Shown in pieces: positions 26,018-35,142 of a stretch of 64,000 nt of DNA. The position numbers and the translations under genes are program-made. The notes beneath the pieces are model-generated. The model was given only the letters and a program-made list of their open reading frames with translations, was not told where the DNA came from and searched no databases. The stretch is from Gemmatimonas sp. (GTDB lineage Bacteria > Gemmatimonadota > Gemmatimonadetes > Gemmatimonadales > Gemmatimonadaceae), in the NCBI GenBank assembly GCA_965279375.1, contig OZ257156.1:3296001-3360000 (forward strand), written 5' to 3'. Within the stretch, counting starts at the first letter, position 1. Every line of letters starts with the position of its first letter.

Positions 26018-28608
26018 CGTCGCGCGCTGTTCCCGCCAAGCGCCCGAGCGAGATCGGCGAGACACGCCTCGCGCGCGCCGCGGCGGCGGCCATGCGCACG
26101 GCGATCACGCTGGCTGGAGGCAATGAAGTCTGTTTCGTTGGCTCGCTCGACGCCGACGGCAACATCGAGCGTGCGCGAGTCGTAGCCCGCGGCGATGTGC
26201 GGAGCGTGCTCGCCTTACCCGGCGTTGCCACGCGCGGCGAGATGCTGCTGCACAATCATCCGTCGGGACTGTTGACGCCGAGCGACGCCGATCTGGAAGT
26301 GGCGCACCGCGCGCACATGGACGGCATCGGCTTCGGCATCATCAACAACGATGCGTCGCGCGTTTACGTGGTCACCGAGGTGCCCACGTCAGCCGAGTTG
26401 GTGCCGGTGTCGCTGGATGATGTGGACGTCGTGCTGGGTCCGCACGGACAGATCGCACAGGCAATGCAGACCGTGCTGGGCGCACGCGCGTATGAAGATC
26501 GCCCGGCGCAACGTGCGATGGCGGCCGCGGTGACCGAGGCGTTCAACGGTGGTGGCATCGCCCTGTTGGAAGCCGGCACGGGCGTTGGTAAATCGCTCGG
26601 GTATCTGGTGCCCGCGCTGCGCTGGGCGGCGGCCAACGGTGAGCGCACGATCGTTTCCACCAACACGATCACGCTGCAGGAGCAGCTCGTCAGCAAAGAC
26701 TTGCCGTTCTTGCAGCGAGCCTTGAGCGATCAGCCGGTACGCTTCGCGTTACTCAAAGGGTGGCGCAACTACCTGTGCCTGCAGCGGCTCGAGCAGGCGC
26801 GCGGGGCAGGGGCGGCGCTGTTCGAAGACGGCGCCGCCGGCGATCTCGAAGCGATCGCGCAGTGGGCCGAACGCACGCGCGACGGCTCGCTCTCCGACTT
26901 GCCCGTTACGCCGCGCATGGATGTGTGGGATGAGGTCGCGGCAGAGCCCGATCTGTGCGGGCGACTCAAGTGCTCGTTCTACGACAAGTGCTTCCTGTTC
27001 AAGGCGCGCAAGGAAGCGGCTCAGGCCGACGTGGTGGTGGTGAATCATCACCTGCTGTTGTCCGACGTGGCCGTGCGTCGCACGTCGCAGAACTGGGATG
27101 ACGCCGCCGTGCTGCCGGCGTACAAGCGACTCGTTATCGACGAAGGGCATCACCTCGAAGACGCGGCTGCGTCGCACTTGGGCAGCTCGGTCACTCGGCG
27201 CGCGTTGGCGCGATTATTCGGGCGCATCGAACGACGCGGGAAGGGGCTGCTCCCCGCGCTCGTGGCCAATCTGCGCGGTTCCACCGATGCGTTCAGCGTG
27301 GCCAGTCTCGATCTCGTGCAGGAACGACTCGCGCCCAGCAGTGCGACCGCGCGTGACCGCGCACAGCTCTTGTTCGAACTGCTGGACATCGCACTGCAGG
27401 AATCCAACACGCCGATGATTCGACTCACGGCGGAGTTCGAGCAACATCCCGCCTGGAAGGGCGGCGTGGAACGCGCACTCGATGAGCTGCTCACCGAGAT
27501 CACGATGCTCGGCGATGGATTGCGTCTCGTACGTGAACGCCTCGAAAGCGATCAGCGCAAGAGCGAGCAGCTGGCGCCGCTGGTGGGCGAGTTGCGCGGC
27601 GTGGCGCGTCGACTGGAGAACGCCGGTGACGCGTTGGGGCGCGCGCTGCGCACACCGGCAGCCGGTGCACCAGTGGTGCGATGGATGGAGTTCACCGGCA
27701 AGGCGGGGCCGGAACGTAACCTCGCGTTGCATTGCGTGCCGCTCGACCTCGCGCCGGTGTTGCGTGATGATCTGTTCGGCCGCGTGGACACCGCCATCAT
27801 CACCAGCGCCACGCTCTCCACCGATGGCGGCTTCGAGTTTCTCGAGCAGCGGCTCGGCCTCGACGATCCGCGCGCCAAGCCAACCACGGCGATCTATCCA
27901 TCGCCATTCGACTATCCGCGGCAGGCGCTGCTGGTCATTCCCACCGACCTCCCCGCACCCAACGAAGACGCGCGCGCGCACTTCGTCGCCGTGACGCAGC
28001 AGCTGCGCGATCTGCTGACCGCGAGCGACGGCGGCATCTTCGCGCTGTTCACGAGTCATCGCGATGTGCGCGAGATGGCGGAGCAGCTGCGTGCGTCGGG
28101 GCACGATGCGCGCTATCCGCTGCTGGTGCACGGCGAGGAAAGCCGCGACATCCTGCTGCAGCGCTTTCGCGAAGCGGGGCGCGCGGTGCTGCTGGGTACC
28201 GCCACCTTCTGGGAAGGCGTGGATGTACCGGGCGACGCGCTGCGCGGCCTGCTCATCGCCAAGCTGCCGTTTCGCGTGCCCAGCGAGCCCATGGTCGCCG
28301 CCCAGTGCGAAGCGATCGAAGCGCGCGGCGGAAATGCCTTCGCCGAGTTCATGCTGCCGCACGCCTCGCTGCGCCTCAAGCAGGGGTTCGGGCGACTCAT
28401 TCGCACGGCGAGCGATCGCGGCGTCGTCGTGCTCAGCGATCCGCGGGTGCTCACCAAGCGCTATGGCCGGGATCTGATCAACAGCCTGCCGCCCGCCAAA
28501 CGTTTGACTGGGGCATGGGGAGAGCTGCGGACTCAGGTGTCTGCCTTCTATGACCGGCGGGAGGTAAGTTCTTCGGACCGCAATTCGCTCCCCTCCACAC
28601 GTCGCTGA
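26014..28608 (+). CDS. DinG/XPD-family SF2 helicase with N-terminal RadC-like JAB/MPN domain
   Basis: NEVCF...HNHPSGLLTPSDAD (JAMM motif); Q motif RPAQ; EAGTGVGKS; Fe-S cysteines (NYLC...LCGRLKCSFYDKC); DEGH; TSATL; FWEGVD; QGFGRLIR. Confidence 0.9.
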   Translation: MTSRAVPAKRPSEIGETRLARAAAAAMRTAITLAGGNEVCFVGSLDADGNIERARVVARGDVRSVLALPGVATRGEMLLHNHPSGLLTPSDADLEVAHRAHMDGIGFGIINNDASRVYVVTEVPTSAELVPVSLDDVDVVLGPHGQIAQAMQTVLGARAYEDRPAQRAMAAAVTEAFNGGGIALLEAGTGVGKSLGYLVPALRWAAANGERTIVSTNTITLQEQLVSKDLPFLQRALSDQPVRFALLKGWRNYLCLQRLEQARGAGAALFEDGAAGDLEAIAQWAERTRDGSLSDLPVTPRMDVWDEVAAEPDLCGRLKCSFYDKCFLFKARKEAAQADVVVVNHHLLLSDVAVRRTSQNWDDAAVLPAYKRLVIDEGHHLEDAAASHLGSSVTRRALARLFGRIERRGKGLLPALVANLRGSTDAFSVASLDLVQERLAPSSATARDRAQLLFELLDIALQESNTPMIRLTAEFEQHPAWKGGVERALDELLTEITMLGDGLRLVRERLESDQRKSEQLAPLVGELRGVARRLENAGDALGRALRTPAAGAPVVRWMEFTGKAGPERNLALHCVPLDLAPVLRDDLFGRVDTAIITSATLSTDGGFEFLEQRLGLDDPRAKPTTAIYPSPFDYPRQALLVIPTDLPAPNEDARAHFVAVTQQLRDLLTASDGGIFALFTSHRDVREMAEQLRASGHDARYPLLVHGEESRDILLQRFREAGRAVLLGTATFWEGVDVPGDALRGLLIAKLPFRVPSEPMVAAQCEAIEARGGNAFAEFMLPHASLRLKQGFGRLIRTASDRGVVVLSDPRVLTKRYGRDLINSLPPAKRLTGAWGELRTQVSAFYDRREVSSSDRNSLPSTRR

Positions 28609-28619
28609 GCCCATCCGCC

Positions 28620-29234
28620 ATGCTCTCGCCTTCGAAGATCGTCTGCATCGGGAAGAACTACCGTGAACACGCCCGCGAGATGGGAGGCGAGGTCCCAAAG
28701 GAGCCGCTGTTCTTTCTCAAGGCGCCGTCCTCGATGATTGCGGCCGGTGAGGCGATCGAATTGCCCTCCGGTTCCAGGCACGTGGAGTTCGAAGGCGAGA
28801 TCGCGGTGATCCTGGGATCTCGTTTGCGCCGCGCCTCCGCCGACGAGGCGCGTGCTGCCGTCACCCACGTGGTCGCGCTGAACGACGTGACCGCGCGCGA
28901 TTGGCAGAAGGGCGATGGGCAGTGGACGCGCGCCAAGGGGATGGACACCTTCTGCCCGATCGGTGACCCTGTCCCTGCGCCGGCCGACCTCGATGCCATC
29001 GAATTGGTGACGCGGGTGAATGGCGTCGTCTGCCAGCAGGCGACAGGCGCCGACATGGTCTTCTCCGTGCCGATAGCGCTGGCCTACATTTCCCAGTACC
29101 TCACGCTGGAACCGGGTGACATCATCGCCACGGGCACGCCGGCCGGCACACGCGCCATCAAGCCGGGCGATGTGGTCGAGGTGGAGCTGGTCGGACTCAG
29201 CTCTGTGTCCAACCCGGTTGTGGCTGGCCGCTGA
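28620..29234 (+). CDS. Fumarylacetoacetate hydrolase family protein
   Basis: KIVCIGKNYREH, FFLKAPSS, EFEGEIAV, NDVTARD, KGMDTFCP and GDIIATGTPAG motifs. Confidence 0.92.
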   Translation: MLSPSKIVCIGKNYREHAREMGGEVPKEPLFFLKAPSSMIAAGEAIELPSGSRHVEFEGEIAVILGSRLRRASADEARAAVTHVVALNDVTARDWQKGDGQWTRAKGMDTFCPIGDPVPAPADLDAIELVTRVNGVVCQQATGADMVFSVPIALAYISQYLTLEPGDIIATGTPAGTRAIKPGDVVEVELVGLSSVSNPVVAGR

Positions 29235-29357
29235 TCGCCATCCGCATTCTCGACATGCACACCGCGCTGCTCCGTCGTCGGTTCGTTTCGCCGTCCATCC
29301 CACCGGATTTCCGCATGCGTCGGCACTCTGCATTGAACGTCGGGTAGCAGCAGCCAC

Positions 29358-30398
29358 ATGGCCGTGCTCCCTCCCCCCTCCGACGATACGTCGGCCTCCG
29401 GGCCAACGGACGAGACTCGTACCAGCGAGCCTCGCTCGGGCCGTCGGAAACGGGGCGCGGTCAGCGATCGGGCGCGATTGGGTGGGGCCAATGGCCGCGA
29501 GAAGCGTTCGGCCAAGGCGCTCTCGGTATCCATCGGACTGCACGCGATCGCCGCTGTGGTGTTGGTACAGCTGCTCACGTTCGGGCACGGCCTCTCCGGA
29601 TTTCTCGGGCTCGACAAGGAGAAGGACGCTCGCGAGGAGCGAATCACCTTCGTGTCGCCGCGTCAGCCGAAGCCGCCCGAGGTCGCGCCCAAGTCCAAGC
29701 CAGCGGTGGAGCAGCCGACGACGGACCAGCCGCGTCTTCGTCCGCCCACCACGGGACCTGTGCTCGGCACGCCGGCCGACGCACCGTCCGCAGAGCCCGC
29801 ACCGACGCGTGCGGACACGGGAAGTGGCTTGGCCGCCGGAGCGGAGCCCGTTGGCGCGCTCGACCCGAACCTGCGCGGCGTGAAGCCGGGCTACAACGAC
29901 GTGCGGGTCTGGCGCGGCGCCGGTGGCGGCGGAGCTGGAGCGGCACCGGGACGCAACGGCGCCGAGCGCCTCGACAGCATCATCGGGTATGCGATTGGGG
30001 CCGCGGCGGACTCGCTCGACTCACTCGCCCGCGCGCAGGGGCGCACCGGCCGCAAGCCGGGTGACTGGACCAAGACGGGCCCGGACGGCCAGAAGTGGGG
30101 CTGGGACGGCACGGGTATTCGCCTGGGCAAGGTCACCATCCCCAACGCGCTGCTCGGTCTGTTGCCGCTCAACGCGCAGAGGGGGATGTCGGGCAACTTC
30201 ACCGAGATTCAGCGCGACAAGCGTCTCGCCCTAGCCCGCGAGGACATCATGCGCAACGCCGACCGCGCGCTTGGTGAAGCGGAGTTCCGCAAGCTGGTGG
30301 GCGAACTGCGCGACCGTCGGGAACGCGAACGCCGAGATCGCCTTCGCGCGCCGGACGCCTCGATCGCGCCCGCCAAACCCAACGGTCGCAACGACTGA
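29358..30398 (+). CDS. Hypothetical single-pass membrane protein with Pro-rich linker (TonB-like N-terminal layout)
   Basis: SVSIGLHAIAAVVL anchor (S-x3-H pattern), Pro/Thr-rich and Gly-rich segments, C-terminal globular/coiled region; followed by a terminator. Confidence 0.6.
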   Translation: MAVLPPPSDDTSASGPTDETRTSEPRSGRRKRGAVSDRARLGGANGREKRSAKALSVSIGLHAIAAVVLVQLLTFGHGLSGFLGLDKEKDAREERITFVSPRQPKPPEVAPKSKPAVEQPTTDQPRLRPPTTGPVLGTPADAPSAEPAPTRADTGSGLAAGAEPVGALDPNLRGVKPGYNDVRVWRGAGGGGAGAAPGRNGAERLDSIIGYAIGAAADSLDSLARAQGRTGRKPGDWTKTGPDGQKWGWDGTGIRLGKVTIPNALLGLLPLNAQRGMSGNFTEIQRDKRLALAREDIMRNADRALGEAEFRKLVGELRDRRERERRDRLRAPDASIAPAKPNGRND

Positions 30399-30417
30399 CC
30401 TGCTGCGATCAACGCTG

Positions 30418-30451
30418 AACGACTCGGCCTCAACGCCGAGTCGTTTTGTTT
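30418..30451 (+). terminator. Intrinsic terminator between convergent genes
   Basis: AACGACTCGGC-CTCAAC-GCCGAGTCGTT followed by TTGTTT. Confidence 0.75.
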
Positions 30452-30452
30452 G

Positions 30453-31916
30453 TCAGGCCGTCGCGTCCTGCGCGAGGTATTTCACGGCCGCATCCACACG
30501 GTGCAGGGACCGCTCGCGACCGAGGTACAGCAGCACGTCGAAGATACCCGGGCTCACCGTGAGCCCCGTGAGCGCCACGCGAAGCGGCTGAAAGATCTTG
30601 CCGCCTGAGATGCCCAACTCCTCGGCCAGTTTGCGCAGCGCATCTTCCATCACCTGCGGCTCCCACGTGGGCAGCTCCGCCAACCGTGCACCGGTGGCAG
30701 TCAGCACCTTGGCCGTGGCCGCCACGTCGCGCCATTGCTTGGTCACGGCGTCGGCGTCGTACTCCACGTCGTCACGGAAGAAGTGCGACGCCAGCGCGAC
30801 GATTTCATCCGTTGAGCGTGCGCGCACGCGCAACAGGTCGAGCAAGCCGAAGTACCAGTCCTTGCGTGCGTGCAGATCGGCAGCCGTGGCCAGCCCCGCG
30901 CGCTCGAAGAGCGGCGTCATGAAGGGCTCGAGCGCCTCGAGCGAAATCATCGCCAGATGCTGACCGTTCATCCACTCGAGCTTCTTCGTGTCGAACACAG
31001 CGGCCTTCTTCTGCAGCCCTGCCGTGTCGAAGCGCTGGACGAGCTGCGCCATCGTCATCACTTCCGTGTCGTCGCCCGTGGACCAACCGAGCAGCGCGAG
31101 GAAGTTGAGCATCGCGGTGGGGAGAAGCCCCTTGTACTGGTAGTCGCCTACTGCAGTCGCGCCGTGACGCTTGGAGAGCTTCTTCCCGTCGTCGCCCAGA
31201 ATCATGGGCACGTGCGCGAACTGCGGCAGCTCCGCCTCCAAGGCGCGATAGAGCAGCACCTGCTTGGGGGTGTTGGAGATGTGATCGTCACCGCGCATCA
31301 CCAGCGTAATGCCCATCGCGATGTCATCGGAGACGACAGCCATGTTGTAGACCGGCGTCGCGTCCGAGCGGAGGACGACGAAATCCTCGATGTCCTTGTT
31401 GGGGAACGCGATGCGCTCGTGCACGAGATCGTACCACTCGGTCACGCCGTCGGGCACCTTAAAACGAATGGCGAATGGCTCGCCGCGGGCCAGCTTCTCC
31501 GCCTCCTGCTCGGGCGTCAGCAGCGCGATGCGGCGATCGAAGCGGAACGTCAGTCCGCGCGACTCGGCGTCGTTGCGCAGCCGCTCCAGCTCCGACTGCG
31601 GCGTGAAGTCGCGATAGGCCCAGCCGTTGGCGAGTAGTCGCTGTGCATCGACGCGATGGCGCTCGAGGTTGGAGCCCTGGTAAACGACCTCTTCATCCCA
31701 ACTCAGGCCGAGCCACTCGAGCCCTTCGAAGATGGCGCGGGTGCTTTCGTCCGTGCTGCGGGCGCGATCGGTGTCCTCGATCCGCAGCAAAAAGTCACCG
31801 TCGAACTTGCGCGCATAAAGCCAGTTGAACAGCGCGGTTCGGGCACCACCCACGTGCAGAAAGCCCGTGGGAGACGGAGCAAAGCGCACACGTGGGCGCT
31901 TGGGCACAGACGACAT
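30453..31916 (-). CDS. gltX: Glutamate--tRNA ligase
   Basis: RVRFAPSPTGFLHVGGART, LRIEDTD, RGDDHISNTPKQ and KKLSKRHG motifs; start ATG 31916. Confidence 0.96.
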   Translation of the reverse strand: MSSVPKRPRVRFAPSPTGFLHVGGARTALFNWLYARKFDGDFLLRIEDTDRARSTDESTRAIFEGLEWLGLSWDEEVVYQGSNLERHRVDAQRLLANGWAYRDFTPQSELERLRNDAESRGLTFRFDRRIALLTPEQEAEKLARGEPFAIRFKVPDGVTEWYDLVHERIAFPNKDIEDFVVLRSDATPVYNMAVVSDDIAMGITLVMRGDDHISNTPKQVLLYRALEAELPQFAHVPMILGDDGKKLSKRHGATAVGDYQYKGLLPTAMLNFLALLGWSTGDDTEVMTMAQLVQRFDTAGLQKKAAVFDTKKLEWMNGQHLAMISLEALEPFMTPLFERAGLATAADLHARKDWYFGLLDLLRVRARSTDEIVALASHFFRDDVEYDADAVTKQWRDVAATAKVLTATGARLAELPTWEPQVMEDALRKLAEELGISGGKIFQPLRVALTGLTVSPGIFDVLLYLGRERSLHRVDAAVKYLAQDATA

Positions 31917-32058
31917 ATGACGAAACCGGACCGGAAGGTCGGGGGAAACGATCACGATTGGAGTCGCGGGCCGCATCCGATGCGATGAGACATTCGCGAC
32001 ACGCCAACTGGACAAACGACAACGCGGGCCCGCCGGCAAGTGCAGCGGACCCGCGGAG

Positions 32059-32148
32059 CGGAGGAAGCGGGATTCGAACCCGCGATAGGGGTTGACCCCC
32101 TATGCCGGTTTAGCAAACCGGTGCCTTCAGCCTCTCGGCCATCCCTCC
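32059..32148 (-). tRNA. tRNA-Ser(GCU)
   Basis: GGAGGGA/TTCCTCC acceptor stem; CCGGT-TTGCTAA-ACCGG anticodon arm; long variable arm; GGTTCGAATCC T-loop; G discriminator; CCA not encoded. Confidence 0.96.
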
Positions 32149-32186
32149 TCTGACGTTGCCACAGATCGTGGCGCGGACAGGAAGGG

Positions 32187-32215
32187 AATCTGACCCGGTG
32201 GCAGGCGTGGGTCAA
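32187..32215 (-). promoter_or_regulatory. Candidate promoter for tRNA-Ser(GCU)/gltX
   Basis: Minus strand TTGACC, 17 nt spacer, CAGATT. Confidence 0.45.
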
Positions 32216-32285
32216 CCACAAAATCGGAAGCTGATCGGCGATTCACGCCGCGGCCCCATGTGCGCGAATGGACTGGCAGAACCAA

Positions 32286-32372
32286 CGGCGTAGGTGAGAT
32301 TCGAACTCACGGAACCCTTTCAGGTTCGGCGGTTTTCAAGACCGCTGCCTTAAACCACTCGGCCACCACGCC
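32286..32372 (-). tRNA. tRNA-Ser(UGA)
   Basis: GGCGTGG/CTACGCC acceptor stem; GCGGT-CTTGAAA-ACCGC anticodon arm; long variable arm; AGTTCGAATCT T-loop; CCA not encoded. Confidence 0.96.
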
Positions 32373-32381
32373 AGCGCATGG

Positions 32382-32411
32382 ATCATATCACGGGGCACCG
32401 CTCTCTCACAA
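32382..32411 (-). promoter_or_regulatory. Sigma70-type promoter for tRNA-Ser(UGA)
   Basis: Minus strand TTGTGA, 18 nt spacer ending TG-N, TATGAT (extended -10); the start site would fall a few nt before the tRNA 5' end. Confidence 0.65.
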
Positions 32412-32458
32412 TTGCGCGGAGAGCACTCGCCGTGCTGTCCATTCGAACGACCGGTGCG

Positions 32459-33490
32459 ATGCTGTGCGCGGCGTTCGGCGCTGGCGGCACGTTGCACGCG
32501 CAGGGTGCGAGTGCGTCGCCGCGCGTGACGTCGCAGCCCACCGGCACCACGGCTTCGCTGTTCGGCATCTTCCCCGTGTCCGAGCAGGTCGTGTGGGCGA
32601 GCGGCAGCAAGGGGGTGGTGCTGCATACTCGCGATGGCGGCACCACATGGGAACGGAAGGCGATGCCCGGTGGCGATTCGCTGCAATTCCGCGACATTCA
32701 CGCACGAGGCGCCGACACCGCGTGGGCGCTCTCGATCGGCAACGGCGCCGCGTCGCGCATCTACTTCACCGCCGACGGTGGCAGCACGTGGCGCGAGCAG
32801 TTCCGCAATGCGGATAGCGCGGCCTTCTACGATTGCATCACGATGCTCGACGCCAAGGTGGGGATCGTGTTCGGCGACGCGGCGCATGGACAGACGCAGA
32901 TTCTGCGCACGACCGATGGCGGCAGCCACTGGGCGCTGTTGCCCGCGACCCAGGTGCCGACGCCGCTCGAGGGCGAAGGGGCGTATGCGGCGAGTGGCCG
33001 CTGCGTCGTAAGCGCAGGCCCCAAGCACGTCTTCATTGCCACCGGCGGACCGGGCTCGCGCCTGTTCACCAGCGATGACGCTGGCGTGCATTGGACCGTG
33101 CGCGCGACACCGTTCGTGCACACCAAGTCGGCGGGCACGAGTGGGCTCGACTTCCGCGATCCCAACAACGGCATCGGCGTGGCCGGCGACATGACCAACT
33201 TGCGCAGCGACACGGCGAGTGCGGTGGTGGCGGTGACGACCAATGGCGGCAAGTCATGGGAGCTTCGCACGCGACCGCCGCTTGCGGGATCGCTCACGGG
33301 CGCGGTGTGGGTGACGGGCGCCGGTAAGGAGACAGCCATTGCCTTGGGCTTTGGCGGCGCGTTCAGCACGCGCGATGGCGGCCGCACGTGGACGGTGTTG
33401 AGCGACAAGGGACACACCGGCATCGGCAGCTTCGGCAAGACGGCGTGGCTCGGCGGCACCAACGGAACCATTCTTCGGGTGGACTACTGA
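32459..33490 (+). CDS. Exported BNR/Asp-box beta-propeller (Ycf48-like) protein
   Basis: Repeated T-x-D-G-G-x-T/S-W Asp-boxes (TRDGGTTW, TADGGSTW, TTDGGSHW, SDDAGVHW, TTNGGKSW, TRDGGRTW); signal peptide. Start uncertain. Confidence 0.85.
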   Translation: MLCAAFGAGGTLHAQGASASPRVTSQPTGTTASLFGIFPVSEQVVWASGSKGVVLHTRDGGTTWERKAMPGGDSLQFRDIHARGADTAWALSIGNGAASRIYFTADGGSTWREQFRNADSAAFYDCITMLDAKVGIVFGDAAHGQTQILRTTDGGSHWALLPATQVPTPLEGEGAYAASGRCVVSAGPKHVFIATGGPGSRLFTSDDAGVHWTVRATPFVHTKSAGTSGLDFRDPNNGIGVAGDMTNLRSDTASAVVAVTTNGGKSWELRTRPPLAGSLTGAVWVTGAGKETAIALGFGGAFSTRDGGRTWTVLSDKGHTGIGSFGKTAWLGGTNGTILRVDY

Positions 33491-34386
33491 TGCACCAACT
33501 GCTTCAGACGCTCTGGACTGCACTCGCGCGCAGCACGCGCGGACGGCTCCTGCGACAAGCCGTCGCCGTGCTGGCACTGCTCGTGGCGATTCCGCGCGTA
33601 GCACACGCCACCTGGTCGGTGATTGCGATCGATATGGCGACCGGACGCGTGGTGATTGCGTCGGCCACCTGCGTGAACAACAACGACATGTTTCTGATGG
33701 GCATCCAAGCGGTGGTGGTGCCGGGAAAGGGAGTGGCCGCGTGTCAGGCCGGTGTCGACGGCACGCATGCCAACCAGATGCTGGTGTACAGTGAATTGCA
33801 GAAGGGCACCGACCCGGCGCGCATCATCGAGCTGCTCTCGGCCGACCCCGCGTTCCAGTCGCGACAGTTCGGCATCCTCGATCTCACCGGACGCAGTGCG
33901 GGGCACTCGGGGTTAACCAACGGTTACGTCTCGCAGGACATCCAGGGGCGGGTGCCGGGCACGCAGATCTACTACTCGATCCAGGGCAACATCCTGCGGC
34001 CGGGTGAAGTAATTCCCAACGCGGTGAAGGCGTTCGTGTACACCAAGGGCGCCATCACCGATCGCGTCATGGCCGCGCTCGAAACCGCCGACCAGTATGG
34101 TGGTGACAGTCGCTGCGTCTGCCCGCCGCTCCCAGCCGATGGCAGCAAGCCGGCGAACCCGTGCGAAGGACGTACCGCGTATGTCGCCTACATCCTGATG
34201 GCCAACAAGACCGATACGAACGGTGACTCGCACAACAACGGCAAGTACGCGATGTATCTCACCGTCGCGCAGCCGGAGCAGGGCGGAGCGAACGCCATCA
34301 AGCCGGGGGAAAATCTGAATCCCGTGAAGACGTTGCGCGCCCGCTACGATGCGTGGCGCAAGACGCAGCCGGCGTCGTTCCAATGA
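33490..34386 (+). CDS. DUF1028 family Ntn-hydrolase-like exported protein
   Basis: Signal peptide ending AHA followed by TWSVIAID; VPGKGVAACQA, RQFGILD, QGNIL and GGDSR motifs; TGATG coupling. Confidence 0.8.
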   Translation: MHQLLQTLWTALARSTRGRLLRQAVAVLALLVAIPRVAHATWSVIAIDMATGRVVIASATCVNNNDMFLMGIQAVVVPGKGVAACQAGVDGTHANQMLVYSELQKGTDPARIIELLSADPAFQSRQFGILDLTGRSAGHSGLTNGYVSQDIQGRVPGTQIYYSIQGNILRPGEVIPNAVKAFVYTKGAITDRVMAALETADQYGGDSRCVCPPLPADGSKPANPCEGRTAYVAYILMANKTDTNGDSHNNGKYAMYLTVAQPEQGGANAIKPGENLNPVKTLRARYDAWRKTQPASFQ

Positions 34387-35054
34387 GCGCGCGTCTCGTG
34401 AGTTCATCGCGCGCACTCGCGCACTTCGCGTTGCTGCTGTCGGCGAGCGCAGTGTGCGCACCGATGCTCAGCGCACAGAACCCGCCGCCGGCAGCACCTG
34501 CACCCGCTGCAGCGCCTCCCGCTGGCCGTGGCGGCGGTGCCGCGCGCCCCCGTGCGATTCGCGTGATGTCGCTGACGTCGTCGGCGTTTGCCGATGGCGG
34601 CAGCATCCCCGCGCGTCATGCGCAAACCGGACGCGATGTATCGCCCCCGTTGGCGTGGAGCGGCGTCCCGGATTCCACGCAGAGCCTCGTGCTCATCGTG
34701 CACGACGCCGACGCCGCCATTGGTGATGGCAACGACGACCTGCTGCACTGGATGGTCTGGAACATCCCCGCGTCGCTGACGTCGCTCGCAGAAGGCGTAC
34801 CGCAGGGTGCACAGGCCTCGAACGGCATGCGGCAGATCAGTGGCACGGGGCCCTACTATCGCGGGCCTGCGGCGCCATCCACCGGACCCGCGCATCACTA
34901 CGTGTTCGAGTTGTACGCACTCGATGTTCCGCTCAACGTGGCGGCGGTTGGCATGTCGCCGCCGGCCACGCGTGCCGCCGTCGTTGCCGCGATGGCGTCG
35001 CATATTCGCGGCAAGGCCGTGCTGGTGGGACTCTACAAGCGCCCAGCACCGTAG
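34383..35054 (+). CDS. YbhB/YbcL (PEBP/Raf kinase inhibitor-like) exported protein
   Basis: LTSSAFADG, SPPLAWS, LIVHDADA, HWMVWNIP, YRGPAAP and HHYVFELYALD motifs; ATGA coupling. Confidence 0.9.
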   Translation: MSARLVSSSRALAHFALLLSASAVCAPMLSAQNPPPAAPAPAAAPPAGRGGGAARPRAIRVMSLTSSAFADGGSIPARHAQTGRDVSPPLAWSGVPDSTQSLVLIVHDADAAIGDGNDDLLHWMVWNIPASLTSLAEGVPQGAQASNGMRQISGTGPYYRGPAAPSTGPAHHYVFELYALDVPLNVAAVGMSPPATRAAVVAAMASHIRGKAVLVGLYKRPAP

Positions 35055-35075
35055 CAGGCAGACGAGCGGCACACC

Positions 35076-35118
35076 AAACAACGAAGGGCCGCGATCATCT
35101 CGCGGCCCTTCGTCGTTT
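35076..35118. terminator. Bidirectional intrinsic terminator
   Basis: ACGAAGGGCCGCGA-TCATC-TCGCGGCCCTTCGT 14-bp stem flanked by AAAC and GTTT, between convergent genes. Confidence 0.8.
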
Positions 35119-35142
35119 CCACCTCAACACTCCGTCCCTGTT

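Noticed and set aside
26014..28608. DinG as CasDinG (type IV CRISPR) or defence-island helicase
   Set aside because: No cas genes, array or mobile-element context; it sits among chromosomal housekeeping and envelope genes.
32286..32372. Selenocysteine or suppressor tRNA suggested by TGA in the anticodon loop
   Set aside because: Anticodon UGA reads Ser codon UCA; tRNA-Sec has anticodon UCA and a longer acceptor stem. This one has a normal 7-bp stem.
32059..35054. Genomic island integrated at tRNA-Ser
   Set aside because: No integrase, no duplicated tRNA 3' end was seen, and the accessory genes lie on the 5' side of the tRNAs.
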